64,000 bases of DNA from contig CAVPZX010000005.1 of assembly GCA_963710375.1 (NCBI GenBank), positions 32,001 through 96,000 of the forward strand. The letters run 5' to 3'. The translations under genes and the position numbers were made by a program. Positions 21,436 to 29,999 of this stretch are shown piece by piece (positions within the stretch are counted from its first letter, which is position 1; each line of letters begins with the position of its first letter). Source of the stretch: Nitrospirota bacterium (GTDB lineage Bacteria > Nitrospirota > Thermodesulfovibrionia > Thermodesulfovibrionales > Dissulfurispiraceae). A model generated the notes under the pieces. The model had not been told where the DNA came from. It saw nothing but the letters and a program-made list of their open reading frames with translations, and did not search any database.

Positions 21436-21482
21436 TTGTCAGTAAAGTTTCAGTAGCACCCCTTTACTGACGAATTTACTGG
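21436..21482. repeat. candidate integrase arm-type sites (left)
   Basis: ttgtcagtaaagtttcagtag (21436-21456) plus inverted tttactgac/tttactgg; 20/21 match to 42736-42756. Confidence 0.7.
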
Positions 21483-21523
21483 TGTATATCAGGGCGGCTT
21501 AAATCGTAGTATACTTGCATCAT

Positions 21524-21967
21524 ATGAAACGAACTAATCAACAAACGTCTTCCGCCGCTGTACTGGCTACCGGGGCCGAGCTTTCCCGAAGGGCTTACGA
21601 TGTCACTTTCACGCTCGGCAACACTCCTAAAGTGGACATGATGTGTTCGGTTCCGGAGGGTCAAGCCTTCAAAATTCAGGTGAAGGGAATTTCTAATCCG
21701 AGAGATTTTTGGGTCAATAAATCTTTTTTCGATGGACCTACTCAACCAAACCTTTATTTGGTGGTTGTCCTTGTTTCAAAAGAAGCCCAGGACGACTTAT
21801 CATTTCATTTTTTTATACTTTCCCATGAAGAAGCACAGAAGGAATTCAACAAACTGCCTATAACTAAAAAGGATGGTAGTCCCATTACACAGTTCGGACT
21901 CGGTTGGACTTCGGTTAAACGATATAAGAACAAATGGGATACATTCCCTCATAGTTCCGCAGCGTAA
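21524..21967 (+). CDS. putative PD-(D/E)XK-fold nuclease
   Basis: 'AELSRRAYDV...PKVDMM...KIQVKG' matches the E..D..QxK layout. Confidence 0.55.
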   Translation: MKRTNQQTSSAAVLATGAELSRRAYDVTFTLGNTPKVDMMCSVPEGQAFKIQVKGISNPRDFWVNKSFFDGPTQPNLYLVVVLVSKEAQDDLSFHFFILSHEEAQKEFNKLPITKKDGSPITQFGLGWTSVKRYKNKWDTFPHSSAA

Positions 21968-22000
21968 GATTGAACAAACCGTCTACACGGGAGGGACGAA

Positions 22001-22264
22001 ATGACAAGACCGACACTCGAAAAGAAATATGAAAGTTTGACGAAACAAATTTGGAGAGATGACTTGGGACAGTCAGGCGAGTTGACTGTAAGCCGGGAAG
22101 AAACTATGTCCGGGGGAAAGTCATTTATGATAACAGCAGCGACCGGGACCAACTCCACTCAAATTCACAGGAGTTTCTTTGAGGATTATTTCAATGCAGT
22201 CGGCAGCGAACCTAAAAGGATAGTACGAGAAAAGATCAAAACAAGGCTGGAACAATTATTATGA
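22001..22264 (+). CDS. hypothetical protein
   Basis: GGAGG RBS, 87 aa, operon-like spacing. Confidence 0.55.
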   Translation: MTRPTLEKKYESLTKQIWRDDLGQSGELTVSREETMSGGKSFMITAATGTNSTQIHRSFFEDYFNAVGSEPKRIVREKIKTRLEQLL

Positions 22265-22283
22265 GCAGAGAAGATATAGGGAC

Positions 22284-23231
22284 ATGATCATAAAATGGAG
22301 ATGCATAATTGGTAGTTTGACAATCCTCTTCTTGACTTCATCTGTGTCTTTAGCTCAATTACAGCCATCATCACCACACACACTCGAAACCAGCCACGAA
22401 GAACAAAAAAAGCCTGAAGCAAAACAGGCTGACGGTAACAACAAACAGCGTGTCGCCGACAGTCTTCCTACCCCGACACATCCCCAATCGTCGGATGTCA
22501 AAGCTAGTGACCATGCAAAAACCATTGATGAAAAAGCCACGACAGAATGGTTGAAACTTGTTTTTGATTTCCTGCTTGTACTTTTCAATTGTTTATTGTG
22601 GAGATCAACTTACAAACTTTGGAAAGTCGCTCAAGAACAACGTGAAGATGTGAAGGCGTCGATTGCTGAAGCTGTTCGTTCCACCGCTGCCATGGAAAGC
22701 ATCGCTAAGTCCATGGCCGAGAATGGGACAAGAATGGAACAAGTCTTCGAGAGACAAAAAAATATCGCTGAAATACAATTGAGAGCTTACCTTACCGTCA
22801 ACCCAGGCACGTATTGGATACAAAACAGAGAATTGGGGCTGAAGTATGGGATCCAAATGTTAATAGCGAACACAGGTCATACTCCTGCAAGCGAAGTTTA
22901 TTTTGCTATGCGCACAGTAGTCAATGACTTTCCTTTGCCGGATAGCTTTGATCTTTCCTTGCCTTCCCCTCGAACTCAAACAGGAACCGGAGCACAGATA
23001 GCCACTGGTCAGCAACGTTTTATGAGTGCCTTCCTTGATGACATCGTCTCTGATGAGGAACTCAAGGAATTTACCCAAGCTACCAATCGAAAACTGTACA
23101 TATTCGGGACCGTTTGGTATAAAGATATCTTTGAAGAATCTCACTATACCAACTTTTGTCAGTGGGCCATGTGGGATACCGCCGGGAAATTTAGCACTAT
23201 AAATGTTGATCGTCATAATGATGCAACATAG
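22284..23231 (+). CDS. hypothetical membrane protein
   Basis: Signal-like N-terminus, TM helix, coiled region, 'QLRAYL' then globular domain. Confidence 0.65.
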   Translation: MIIKWRCIIGSLTILFLTSSVSLAQLQPSSPHTLETSHEEQKKPEAKQADGNNKQRVADSLPTPTHPQSSDVKASDHAKTIDEKATTEWLKLVFDFLLVLFNCLLWRSTYKLWKVAQEQREDVKASIAEAVRSTAAMESIAKSMAENGTRMEQVFERQKNIAEIQLRAYLTVNPGTYWIQNRELGLKYGIQMLIANTGHTPASEVYFAMRTVVNDFPLPDSFDLSLPSPRTQTGTGAQIATGQQRFMSAFLDDIVSDEELKEFTQATNRKLYIFGTVWYKDIFEESHYTNFCQWAMWDTAGKFSTINVDRHNDAT

Positions 23232-23454
23232 AAATGTAAAGCCATGTCGCCGTTACGATTGCCTGGTCTTGCGGTGCGGTCTATGACCCGGATCGTAGCT
23301 GTTGCGTAGAGGAGCGGGCATTGTCCGCGCCGTGGCTTCTGCGTTAGTGGGATACTCCGCCGTAGGTTGAGACACGGCCTTGTGTGGCTCATGAGAGTAG
23401 CCCCGGTCCCGTAACGGAGAGAAGGGAAACGCCGTGATCTGGTTGGTGTCGCCG

Positions 23455-24666
23455 TTAAATAGGCCGCTGTGTTCCTTCTTCCCTTCCGTTATATTCGATC
23501 CATATTTTCCATCGCCGTAGTCCCGTCTTGTCCCAACCGCCCATCATCTTCACGTGCCGCCCTAACTCGGCGAACAGGTGCCTTGCGACTCGTGCGTTGA
23601 ATGCATTGCCCAACTGTTTTAACCGTTCCGACTCCGCCATCTTTACGACCTCGCCGTCCTCGTAGCATCCCCACTTCGTCCACTGATGCGGTAGCGACTG
23701 CAACCGCTCCGCCTCCGTTGGCGTGAGTTGCCGGCGTCCGTCCGGAGTGTCGTACAGCCCCGTCTTTCCTCCTTTGCCGCCTCCACTCGTCGTGACCGTG
23801 ATACTTTTTCCATTCGGCGAATATATCCGCTGTCCCTGGCCGCCCCCGCCGTATTCTCCGATCTTCTTCCTGTCTCCCTCCCTGTCTTTCCACTCGACGG
23901 GTTCGGGCACGTCGAGGATGTCGCCGACGACGGCGCCCGGCCCGGTTCCGAGATACGCCGCAAGGCCGTCCCACCATTGGGTATCCGGTTGCCGGACCGG
24001 CCACGAACACCAGAAGTACCGCTCTCGCTGTTGGGCCGAGAACGCCGCCGCATTGATCAACACCGGCTCGACTCCGACGATCTCCGTCACTGCGTCACGC
24101 AACTTGCCGCCCATGCTCTCGACGTTCTCGAAGCAGAAATGGCGGGGCTTCTTCGTCTCGTACAGTTTCATCAAATTGTAGAACAGGCCCGACTTCTGCC
24201 CTTTCAGGCCCTTGCGTTTCCCGGCGCCGCTCATGTCCTGGCACGGAAATCCGCCGATCAAGAGGTCAAAGTCCGGCAGGCTTTTGTAGTCTATCTTTGT
24301 TATGTCGCCTTCGGCTTTGTGCCGTGGGAAGTGGTATCGATACACCGCCTGGGCATGCTCGTCTATCTCGCTGTATCCGACGCAACGCCACGGTAGCCCG
24401 TCCGGCCACTGCGTCGAATACCATAGGCCGAGCTCCGCCGCCCCGATCCCGCTGAACGCCGAGAAGTACGGATGGCCCGAGAGGTCTGGCTTGAAGAACT
24501 GCTTCGGGCCTTTCGGCGGCCTCCCGCCGTTAGCGCCGTTGACTGCCGACGTCCCTTGTTGCGCCGGGGTGTTCGACCTGCCATCACCCAAGCCGTGCCC
24601 TCGCTTGCCGATCTTGGAAAGGTATGCCGCGATTTCCGGTGGCACCGGGATTTTCTTCTTCGCCAT
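23455..24666 (-). CDS. DNA (cytosine-5)-methyltransferase with basic N-terminal extension
   Basis: Motif I 'FSGIG', IV 'GGFPCQ', VI 'ENV', VIII 'QQRERYF', IX 'LTPTEAERLQ', X 'QLGNA'. Confidence 0.9.
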   Translation of the reverse strand: MAKKKIPVPPEIAAYLSKIGKRGHGLGDGRSNTPAQQGTSAVNGANGGRPPKGPKQFFKPDLSGHPYFSAFSGIGAAELGLWYSTQWPDGLPWRCVGYSEIDEHAQAVYRYHFPRHKAEGDITKIDYKSLPDFDLLIGGFPCQDMSGAGKRKGLKGQKSGLFYNLMKLYETKKPRHFCFENVESMGGKLRDAVTEIVGVEPVLINAAAFSAQQRERYFWCSWPVRQPDTQWWDGLAAYLGTGPGAVVGDILDVPEPVEWKDREGDRKKIGEYGGGGQGQRIYSPNGKSITVTTSGGGKGGKTGLYDTPDGRRQLTPTEAERLQSLPHQWTKWGCYEDGEVVKMAESERLKQLGNAFNARVARHLFAELGRHVKMMGGWDKTGLRRWKIWIEYNGREEGTQRPI

Positions 24667-24830
24667 GATGGGGCTCAGTATAACACAAGGTGCAACCGGA
24701 ATTCGACCGGCTCAGGTATTCCGGTTGTACTCCAGACAGTTTTCCGGTTTTCCGGCAACCGGAAAGTATTATAGACAATTGTAAACAATTATGCTACTAT
24801 TGTTATATAATTGTAATGGAGGTGGAAATT

Positions 24831-25163
24831 ATGCCGAAAATACTGAGACTTGGCGGCCCGACGAAGCCGATAGCCGTGCGTGTGCCGATCACCCTTCTTG
24901 ACCGCTTGGACAAGTTGAAGGCCCGGGCCAGCCGCCTGGGCCTCGTCGTTGATGTACCGGCGGCCGTCATAGAATGCCTCGACCGGTTGGCGGCGGAAGC
25001 CGAGGCCGAACTTGATGCACGGGAAGGCAAAACGCCTGCCCCGGCCAAACCCGCGCCGGTTCCGGCGAAGCCTGCGGCGATCGATAGGAAAACAACGGAG
25101 AACTCAGTGCCGGTCAAAAACTCCGGCAGTGTTGCTGACAACGCCCTCGAAGGTTGGCAGTAA
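24831..25163 (+). CDS. putative ribbon-helix-helix DNA-binding protein
   Basis: 'TKPIAVRVPITLLDRLDKL' strand-helix pattern; GGAGGTG RBS; divergent from the MTase. Confidence 0.55.
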   Translation: MPKILRLGGPTKPIAVRVPITLLDRLDKLKARASRLGLVVDVPAAVIECLDRLAAEAEAELDAREGKTPAPAKPAPVPAKPAAIDRKTTENSVPVKNSGSVADNALEGWQ

Positions 25164-25166
25164 TAG

Positions 25167-25189
25167 CGGCGGGTCCCAAAGACCCGCCG
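25167..25189. terminator. hairpin between convergent genes
   Basis: cggcgggtc-ccaaa-gacccgccg. Confidence 0.55.
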
Positions 25190-25196
25190 GCGTGCT

Positions 25197-25400
25197 TCAT
25201 TGTTCGGCTTCGTAGTGCATGGCCGCGGCCCTCAATACTCGCTCGCCGTCGATGTCCTCGGCTTTGCAGAGGTGCAAGATGTCGGCGACTAGGTCAGTGA
25301 CAGCGTCCTCGCATATCTCCCCGTCCCGGTAGTCGGGATGGCTTTGCATGTACGCCCGCACTGCTCCTATTGCCCTTGCACGTCTCGTTTCGATGTCCAT
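25197..25400 (-). CDS. small hypothetical protein
   Basis: RBS aggagg; 'VTDLVADILHLC...AAMHYEAE'. Confidence 0.6.
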   Translation of the reverse strand: MDIETRRARAIGAVRAYMQSHPDYRDGEICEDAVTDLVADILHLCKAEDIDGERVLRAAAMHYEAEQ

Positions 25401-25457
25401 GTGGTGTGTCCTCCTTCGGGGACCGGCCTGGTAGCCGATCCCCTGGTGTTGTGGTTG

Positions 25458-25964
25458 TTAAGCTGTTTGCTTCGTCCGGGTGTATTCCCACACTGCGTCG
25501 TCATAGCCCGGCAGTGAGCTAATGGCGGCCTCCTTGATTGCCTGTGTCAGTTTATAGGCGTCAGTAGTGTAATAGTCGTCGGTCTCGCATGACTGATATT
25601 CCAGGCACTTGCACATTTTCAAAATGTCGATCATGTTTCTAACTTTCCGGTCTATGATGTCCCGCATCCTGACAACGATATAAGAGGGTTTTTCGATGAG
25701 CCCCGGCAGTTCGTCTATGTCGCCCTTGCAGTCGGGGTATCTTTCCCCTACGCTCCTGAGATTTTCAGAGTAGAGGACGCCCGCGTAAATAGTGGCTATC
25801 TCGTCGTCTGTCATGGAGTCGTTGAACTGCGCGGCCAGTGTTTCAGAAATATGGTATTTCAGATACCTGGGATCAACCCGCATGCTGCCGTGCTTCTTTG
25901 ATACTGCGAAAGCCGCAAGTTCCCTGATGTGTTCCGGTGAAACTACAAATGCACTCATGGTCAT
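25458..25964 (-). CDS. hypothetical phage/plasmid-type protein
   Basis: 'MSAFVVSPEHI', 'ENLRSVGERY', 'CLEYQSCE'; GGAGG RBS. Confidence 0.65.
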   Translation of the reverse strand: MTMSAFVVSPEHIRELAAFAVSKKHGSMRVDPRYLKYHISETLAAQFNDSMTDDEIATIYAGVLYSENLRSVGERYPDCKGDIDELPGLIEKPSYIVVRMRDIIDRKVRNMIDILKMCKCLEYQSCETDDYYTTDAYKLTQAIKEAAISSLPGYDDAVWEYTRTKQTA

Positions 25965-25972
25965 ATCCTCCG

Positions 25973-26116
25973 TTAATTGGTTAGTGTTTTTATTGCGTCT
26001 CTGAGGGCGGTTATCTCGTCCTCGTTGCCTGCGTATGGGCCGGATAGTTGTTGTAGCCTCTTGATGGCTTGGCCCATGGCTGTTATTGCTATGATTTTTT
26101 TGTCTCGTAAGCTCAT
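25973..26116 (-). CDS. small hypothetical protein (47 aa)
   Basis: AAGGAG RBS before the ATG at 26116; first gene of the minus-strand cluster. Confidence 0.5.
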   Translation of the reverse strand: MSLRDKKIIAITAMGQAIKRLQQLSGPYAGNEDEITALRDAIKTLTN

Positions 26117-26534
26117 GTTGTTTTTCTCCTTCTGTGACAGGGCTTTCTTTTGGGTGCCCGTCATGTCTCTTGTGTCTGTTGTTGGTTCTATAAACTTCCC
26201 CGGACCGGCGGGGCCTTCACTTCTGACAGGCCCCGTTGTCCTGGGGAATTGCCTCTGTCTTCTGCGGCAGGGAAATACAGGCATGAGCAATGCGAGGGCA
26301 GGGATATGATCAATCAATCGACGAACGGCGCGAGGCAACGGACATGACAGGGCTTTATCTGGCGTGGCTGTTGAACGAAGCTACAAGAGAGTTTCCATAG
26401 GCAGGATTTTCCGGGCGTGTCGTTAATCCTGAACGAGGGGTTAAGGGGCCTGTGGCCCTTTAAGGCTTCCTTGGGAAGGATGGAAAGGGAAAAATGGTTT
26501 GACTTTTTTCAAAAAGAGAAGATAGTATATTTTA

Positions 26535-26626
26535 TACTTGTGGGCGAAGCCTGCCCAAAAATAAGTGGGAACCGAACAACGGACCCAGGATGTCTCATAA
26601 AGAGATCTCCTGGGTTTTTATTTTTT
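26535..26626 (+). ncRNA. candidate small RNA or terminated leader
   Basis: TTGACT (26499) / TAGTAT (26523) promoter-like pair, then stem acccagga...tcctgggt followed by a U-rich tract. Confidence 0.4.
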
Positions 26627-26722
26627 AATAAGGTTTGAAGTAACCGCGTGGCGGTCCGACTATAGTTGTTTATCAAAGGCAGGATTCCTGCTATCTCAAA
26701 CATGTTACAAAAGGAGTCGATC

Positions 26723-26899
26723 ATGGCAAACGAAATCACTATCAAAGGACAGAAGGCAAAAAAGGGCGAAAGAATGACAATGGGAAAAGGCTGGCGGCTC
26801 GCAATTGTAAAGGGAGATCACCGGGTTTTTACTGCCGCATTGCTTCACACTATAAATATCGCCGGTAAGCGGCTCGCGATATTCAGCGTACCGAAATAA
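26723..26899 (+). CDS. small basic hypothetical protein (58 aa)
   Basis: AAGGAG RBS; MANEITIKGQKAKK... Confidence 0.5.
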   Translation: MANEITIKGQKAKKGERMTMGKGWRLAIVKGDHRVFTAALLHTINIAGKRLAIFSVPK

Positions 26900-27365
26900 T
26901 TTTTTTGAATACGGGTCTTTGCAGGGCATTTAAAAGCGATGGGACTACTGTGATCCCATCGCGTCTTCTCTGTGGCGAGAGGCATGACAGGTTCCTGAAA
27001 GGGTTCTGGCGGGCATGTCGTGAAGGAGTAACCATAGGTGGTATTTTCCGGGCGTGCCGTTGACTTCGGCTTTAAAGTGGCGGAGTCCAGAGGCCCACGG
27101 CCTTTGCGAGTCTGTGGTCTTCGGGTGTGCGACTGTCGAGGTGCGAGGCCGAGACTGTCGAGGATGCCCTTGCGTGGATCTGTCTGCTGGGCTTCAACAG
27201 CAGTCTGATCCACGTCACCGTGGCCGTTGATGCGATATGGGGACACCCGCCGAATAGCCGAAACTCCGAAAGAGGTTCGGCAGTGGTGGCTCCGGCCCGA
27301 CCAGCGGATGCGATCGCACAATTGCGTGCTCGACTAAAGCTGGATTGTTTGAGTAAAATTAGGCC

Positions 27366-28517
27366 ATGTGGCAAAATTCTTTTTGGGCTCTTTTCTGTTG
27401 CAGCGTTGCATGTGCGCTGTCGCGACTTGCGATGATTTGGACGACTGGACACGAAGAATGGGGACCTCGGCTGGTGGCCGCCTCTCTTGTATTTTTCTTT
27501 CTCAGTATTGTTTGCCTTCTGTGTCCCTGGTTGAAAAAGAAGCTCGCAAGAGGCACGAACACTCCCGACATGCCGATATCTGACGCGATAAATTATCTGG
27601 TGAACGATTCCACCGCTAAGCTCAAGCAGCCGAAGTCCGCGGAGATCGAGCAGTTCGGAAGGGTCAAGGGTCTTCTGGTCAACTTTCCGGGGATCGCCCA
27701 TGCCGACGCCCTGCGGCATATTCAGACCGCCCTCAACTGCGGAAGCCTGAAGGCGTGGGGTCGCAGGGAAATAGCGCCGAACAGCCTCGCATTCGAGCCG
27801 TCGTCGAGGCCGATTTTGCCGGAGTATTGGGGGTCGGCCTGGGTGAACGACTTCTTTTGCTTCCATGAGGGCGAACAGGCGCAGACAGCCCCGTTTCGGG
27901 GCAAGATGGCGGATAGATACGCCGCCCTCACGCTGAACAAAAACGAGGTGAAGGCGCTGTGGACGCCCGTGTCCTTTCCGAGAAGATTCCTCATGGACAT
28001 GCGGATCATCCGGCGCAAGGACCGTTGCGGGCGGGCAATCGACAGAAAATACAAACTTACTAAGTCGGAAATCGAGAGATTCAACAGCCTGCCCCTCGCC
28101 GAATGCGAGTCGCCTCGTGCGAATTTCAATGCGGACTTCAACGAGGCGGCCAGGAGATTCAGGGAGGCTTTTCATCCCGTGCTTGCCAGGCTGGAAGCCC
28201 GCTCTTGCGACGACGGCTCGCCCGATGCCTACGAGTTGCTGGAAGACGCGTTTCAGCGGCTCGGCGAAGCGGTGATCGAATTCCGCAACTATGTGCCGAG
28301 CGATCAGCGCGCGGCTTTCGAGAAGGCATGGGAAGAACTGCGCAAGGACGAGTATAGTATCGCCTCCGGGCTTGAGGAGCGGAATTTCAAGCAGTACGCT
28401 GACGAGGCGACCGGCGTCCACGACGAACACCCGCGCGAGCCGCACAAGGCGGCGATAGATAGGATCGAGAAACTGTTGGATTTTGCCGCGCTGAGAGTCA
28501 GCGGCGCCGGCCTGTGA
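27366..28517 (+). CDS. hypothetical membrane-anchored protein
   Basis: Two N-terminal hydrophobic segments, two apparent soluble domains. Confidence 0.55.
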   Translation: MWQNSFWALFCCSVACALSRLAMIWTTGHEEWGPRLVAASLVFFFLSIVCLLCPWLKKKLARGTNTPDMPISDAINYLVNDSTAKLKQPKSAEIEQFGRVKGLLVNFPGIAHADALRHIQTALNCGSLKAWGRREIAPNSLAFEPSSRPILPEYWGSAWVNDFFCFHEGEQAQTAPFRGKMADRYAALTLNKNEVKALWTPVSFPRRFLMDMRIIRRKDRCGRAIDRKYKLTKSEIERFNSLPLAECESPRANFNADFNEAARRFREAFHPVLARLEARSCDDGSPDAYELLEDAFQRLGEAVIEFRNYVPSDQRAAFEKAWEELRKDEYSIASGLEERNFKQYADEATGVHDEHPREPHKAAIDRIEKLLDFAALRVSGAGL

Positions 28518-28527
28518 TCAAGGAAAC

Positions 28528-28779
28528 ATGAACCGCGAAGAAGAATTCAACGAGCAATTGGCCCGCGAGGTGGCCCAGAACAAGGACGCCATCGCCGACA
28601 TTCTCCGTAAAAGCGAAGTCGGTCAATGTGGCGGCAGGTGCAAGGGCTACCAGGAAAAATCAATCGAGGACCTGTGCGAACAATGTTTCAACGCCCTTGA
28701 GGATAACGCTGACGAAATCTTTTCTGCGTCGCCCATGTTGAAGCTGTTCGGCGACGCTATGAACAGCAGTCGGGATTAG
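28528..28779 (+). CDS. small hypothetical Cys-containing protein
   Basis: 'CGGRC...CEQC'; follows the previous ORF closely. Confidence 0.5.
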   Translation: MNREEEFNEQLAREVAQNKDAIADILRKSEVGQCGGRCKGYQEKSIEDLCEQCFNALEDNADEIFSASPMLKLFGDAMNSSRD

Positions 28780-28824
28780 AAAAACTGTATCAGTCTAATT
28801 GTCTTAGGATTGGCGTCGGCCCTA

Positions 28825-29904
28825 TCAGTCAATTTCACGACTGTGCTTGTCGTACCATTCGATAATAGGCTTCCTATATATTGTGTCAAATTTCTGTCCT
28901 GACAACTCATTGAACAGCTTGGCGGCTTCTTCATTAACTTTCAAGCTGTGGTCTGTTCTTAAAACATCAACAAAGAAGTCGAGCTTTTGTTTCTTTGTTA
29001 TGTCGGGTCTTTGCCTTATCAGGTAATGCATTAATGCGTCCCTATCTATAGGAAGCCCCGCTGATCGGAATTCGGTTCGCAATTCAGGCAGACTTAACCT
29101 TGACGGATCAACGCCGGTTTTAAACGGATAAGGGTATGAAGCAACAATGGCGTCCGTTCGTTCTTCAGAAATGATCGCCCTGACCGCTTGTTCGGCTTTA
29201 GCTCTCAGCGGATAGGACTTATCATTTGACCATGTCCACAACTGCTCGAATGCATCCCTATCATCGTTCTTTGCGGCAGTAACAACTGCAAGAAAAGTGG
29301 CAGTATTCTGCATATTTTGGAGTGTGTCCCGGGCAGCTGCTATCTCTCCTTTAACGGTCTGTATATTCTTATTAGCTTCGTCTATCTTGGGTTGAATCTG
29401 GTTTGTCATTATGTCATTTATGATCGGGATTGCAATTGTATCTATCCGTTCCGTGGCTTTTTCGGTGACGAGTTTGCTTATCTTTTCAGTCTTGAATTGT
29501 TCATCAATCTTTTTTTCTACCTTTTGACCAAGTACTCCAACTTTTCTTTCGACCTCTTGATTAAGAACGCCGACCTGTTGCGAAAGGTGCGACTGCATTT
29601 CTGAAAATAACGCCTGCTGTCTGTCTTGCATTTGCTTTTCTTGCCGTTCCATATCGGTCTTAATAAGTTCTTTTTGTTCCTTTATATCTTCGCGAGTATT
29701 CTTCCTGAAATCAGCAGCGTCCTTAAATGTTAAGATGCCTATCACCACGACCATAAGCGTAATACATCCAGCGGCAAGTTTGTAATACATGCCAACCCTG
29801 GAAACCTCTCTTTCAGCGTGTCCTGATATCTCCCTCACGAACTCTAAAAGGTTTTTTCCAGACAATCCTTCAGAATTGGACTGTGGCACTTTATCTTCTG
29901 ACAC
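28825..29904 (-). CDS. hypothetical TM and coiled-coil protein
   Basis: AGGAGG RBS, GTG start, one TM helix, long heptad-rich segment. Confidence 0.65.
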   Translation of the reverse strand: MSEDKVPQSNSEGLSGKNLLEFVREISGHAEREVSRVGMYYKLAAGCITLMVVVIGILTFKDAADFRKNTREDIKEQKELIKTDMERQEKQMQDRQQALFSEMQSHLSQQVGVLNQEVERKVGVLGQKVEKKIDEQFKTEKISKLVTEKATERIDTIAIPIINDIMTNQIQPKIDEANKNIQTVKGEIAAARDTLQNMQNTATFLAVVTAAKNDDRDAFEQLWTWSNDKSYPLRAKAEQAVRAIISEERTDAIVASYPYPFKTGVDPSRLSLPELRTEFRSAGLPIDRDALMHYLIRQRPDITKKQKLDFFVDVLRTDHSLKVNEEAAKLFNELSGQKFDTIYRKPIIEWYDKHSREID

Positions 29905-29999
29905 AATGAGCCCTCCTTTCTGAAAATATCTATTCTATTAAAACATCCCTGGCTGATCGCCCTTATCTTCCTTTGCTCCGCGTCCTTGAAGGTGCTTTT

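Noticed and set aside
27098..27128. Short match agtctgtggtc to about 32227 (both read 'EDHRL')
   Set aside because: Only about 11 exact bases; compatible with chance
27072..28445. 457-aa minus-strand ORF
   Set aside because: Antisense to 27366-28517 in GC-rich DNA; composition is not protein-like
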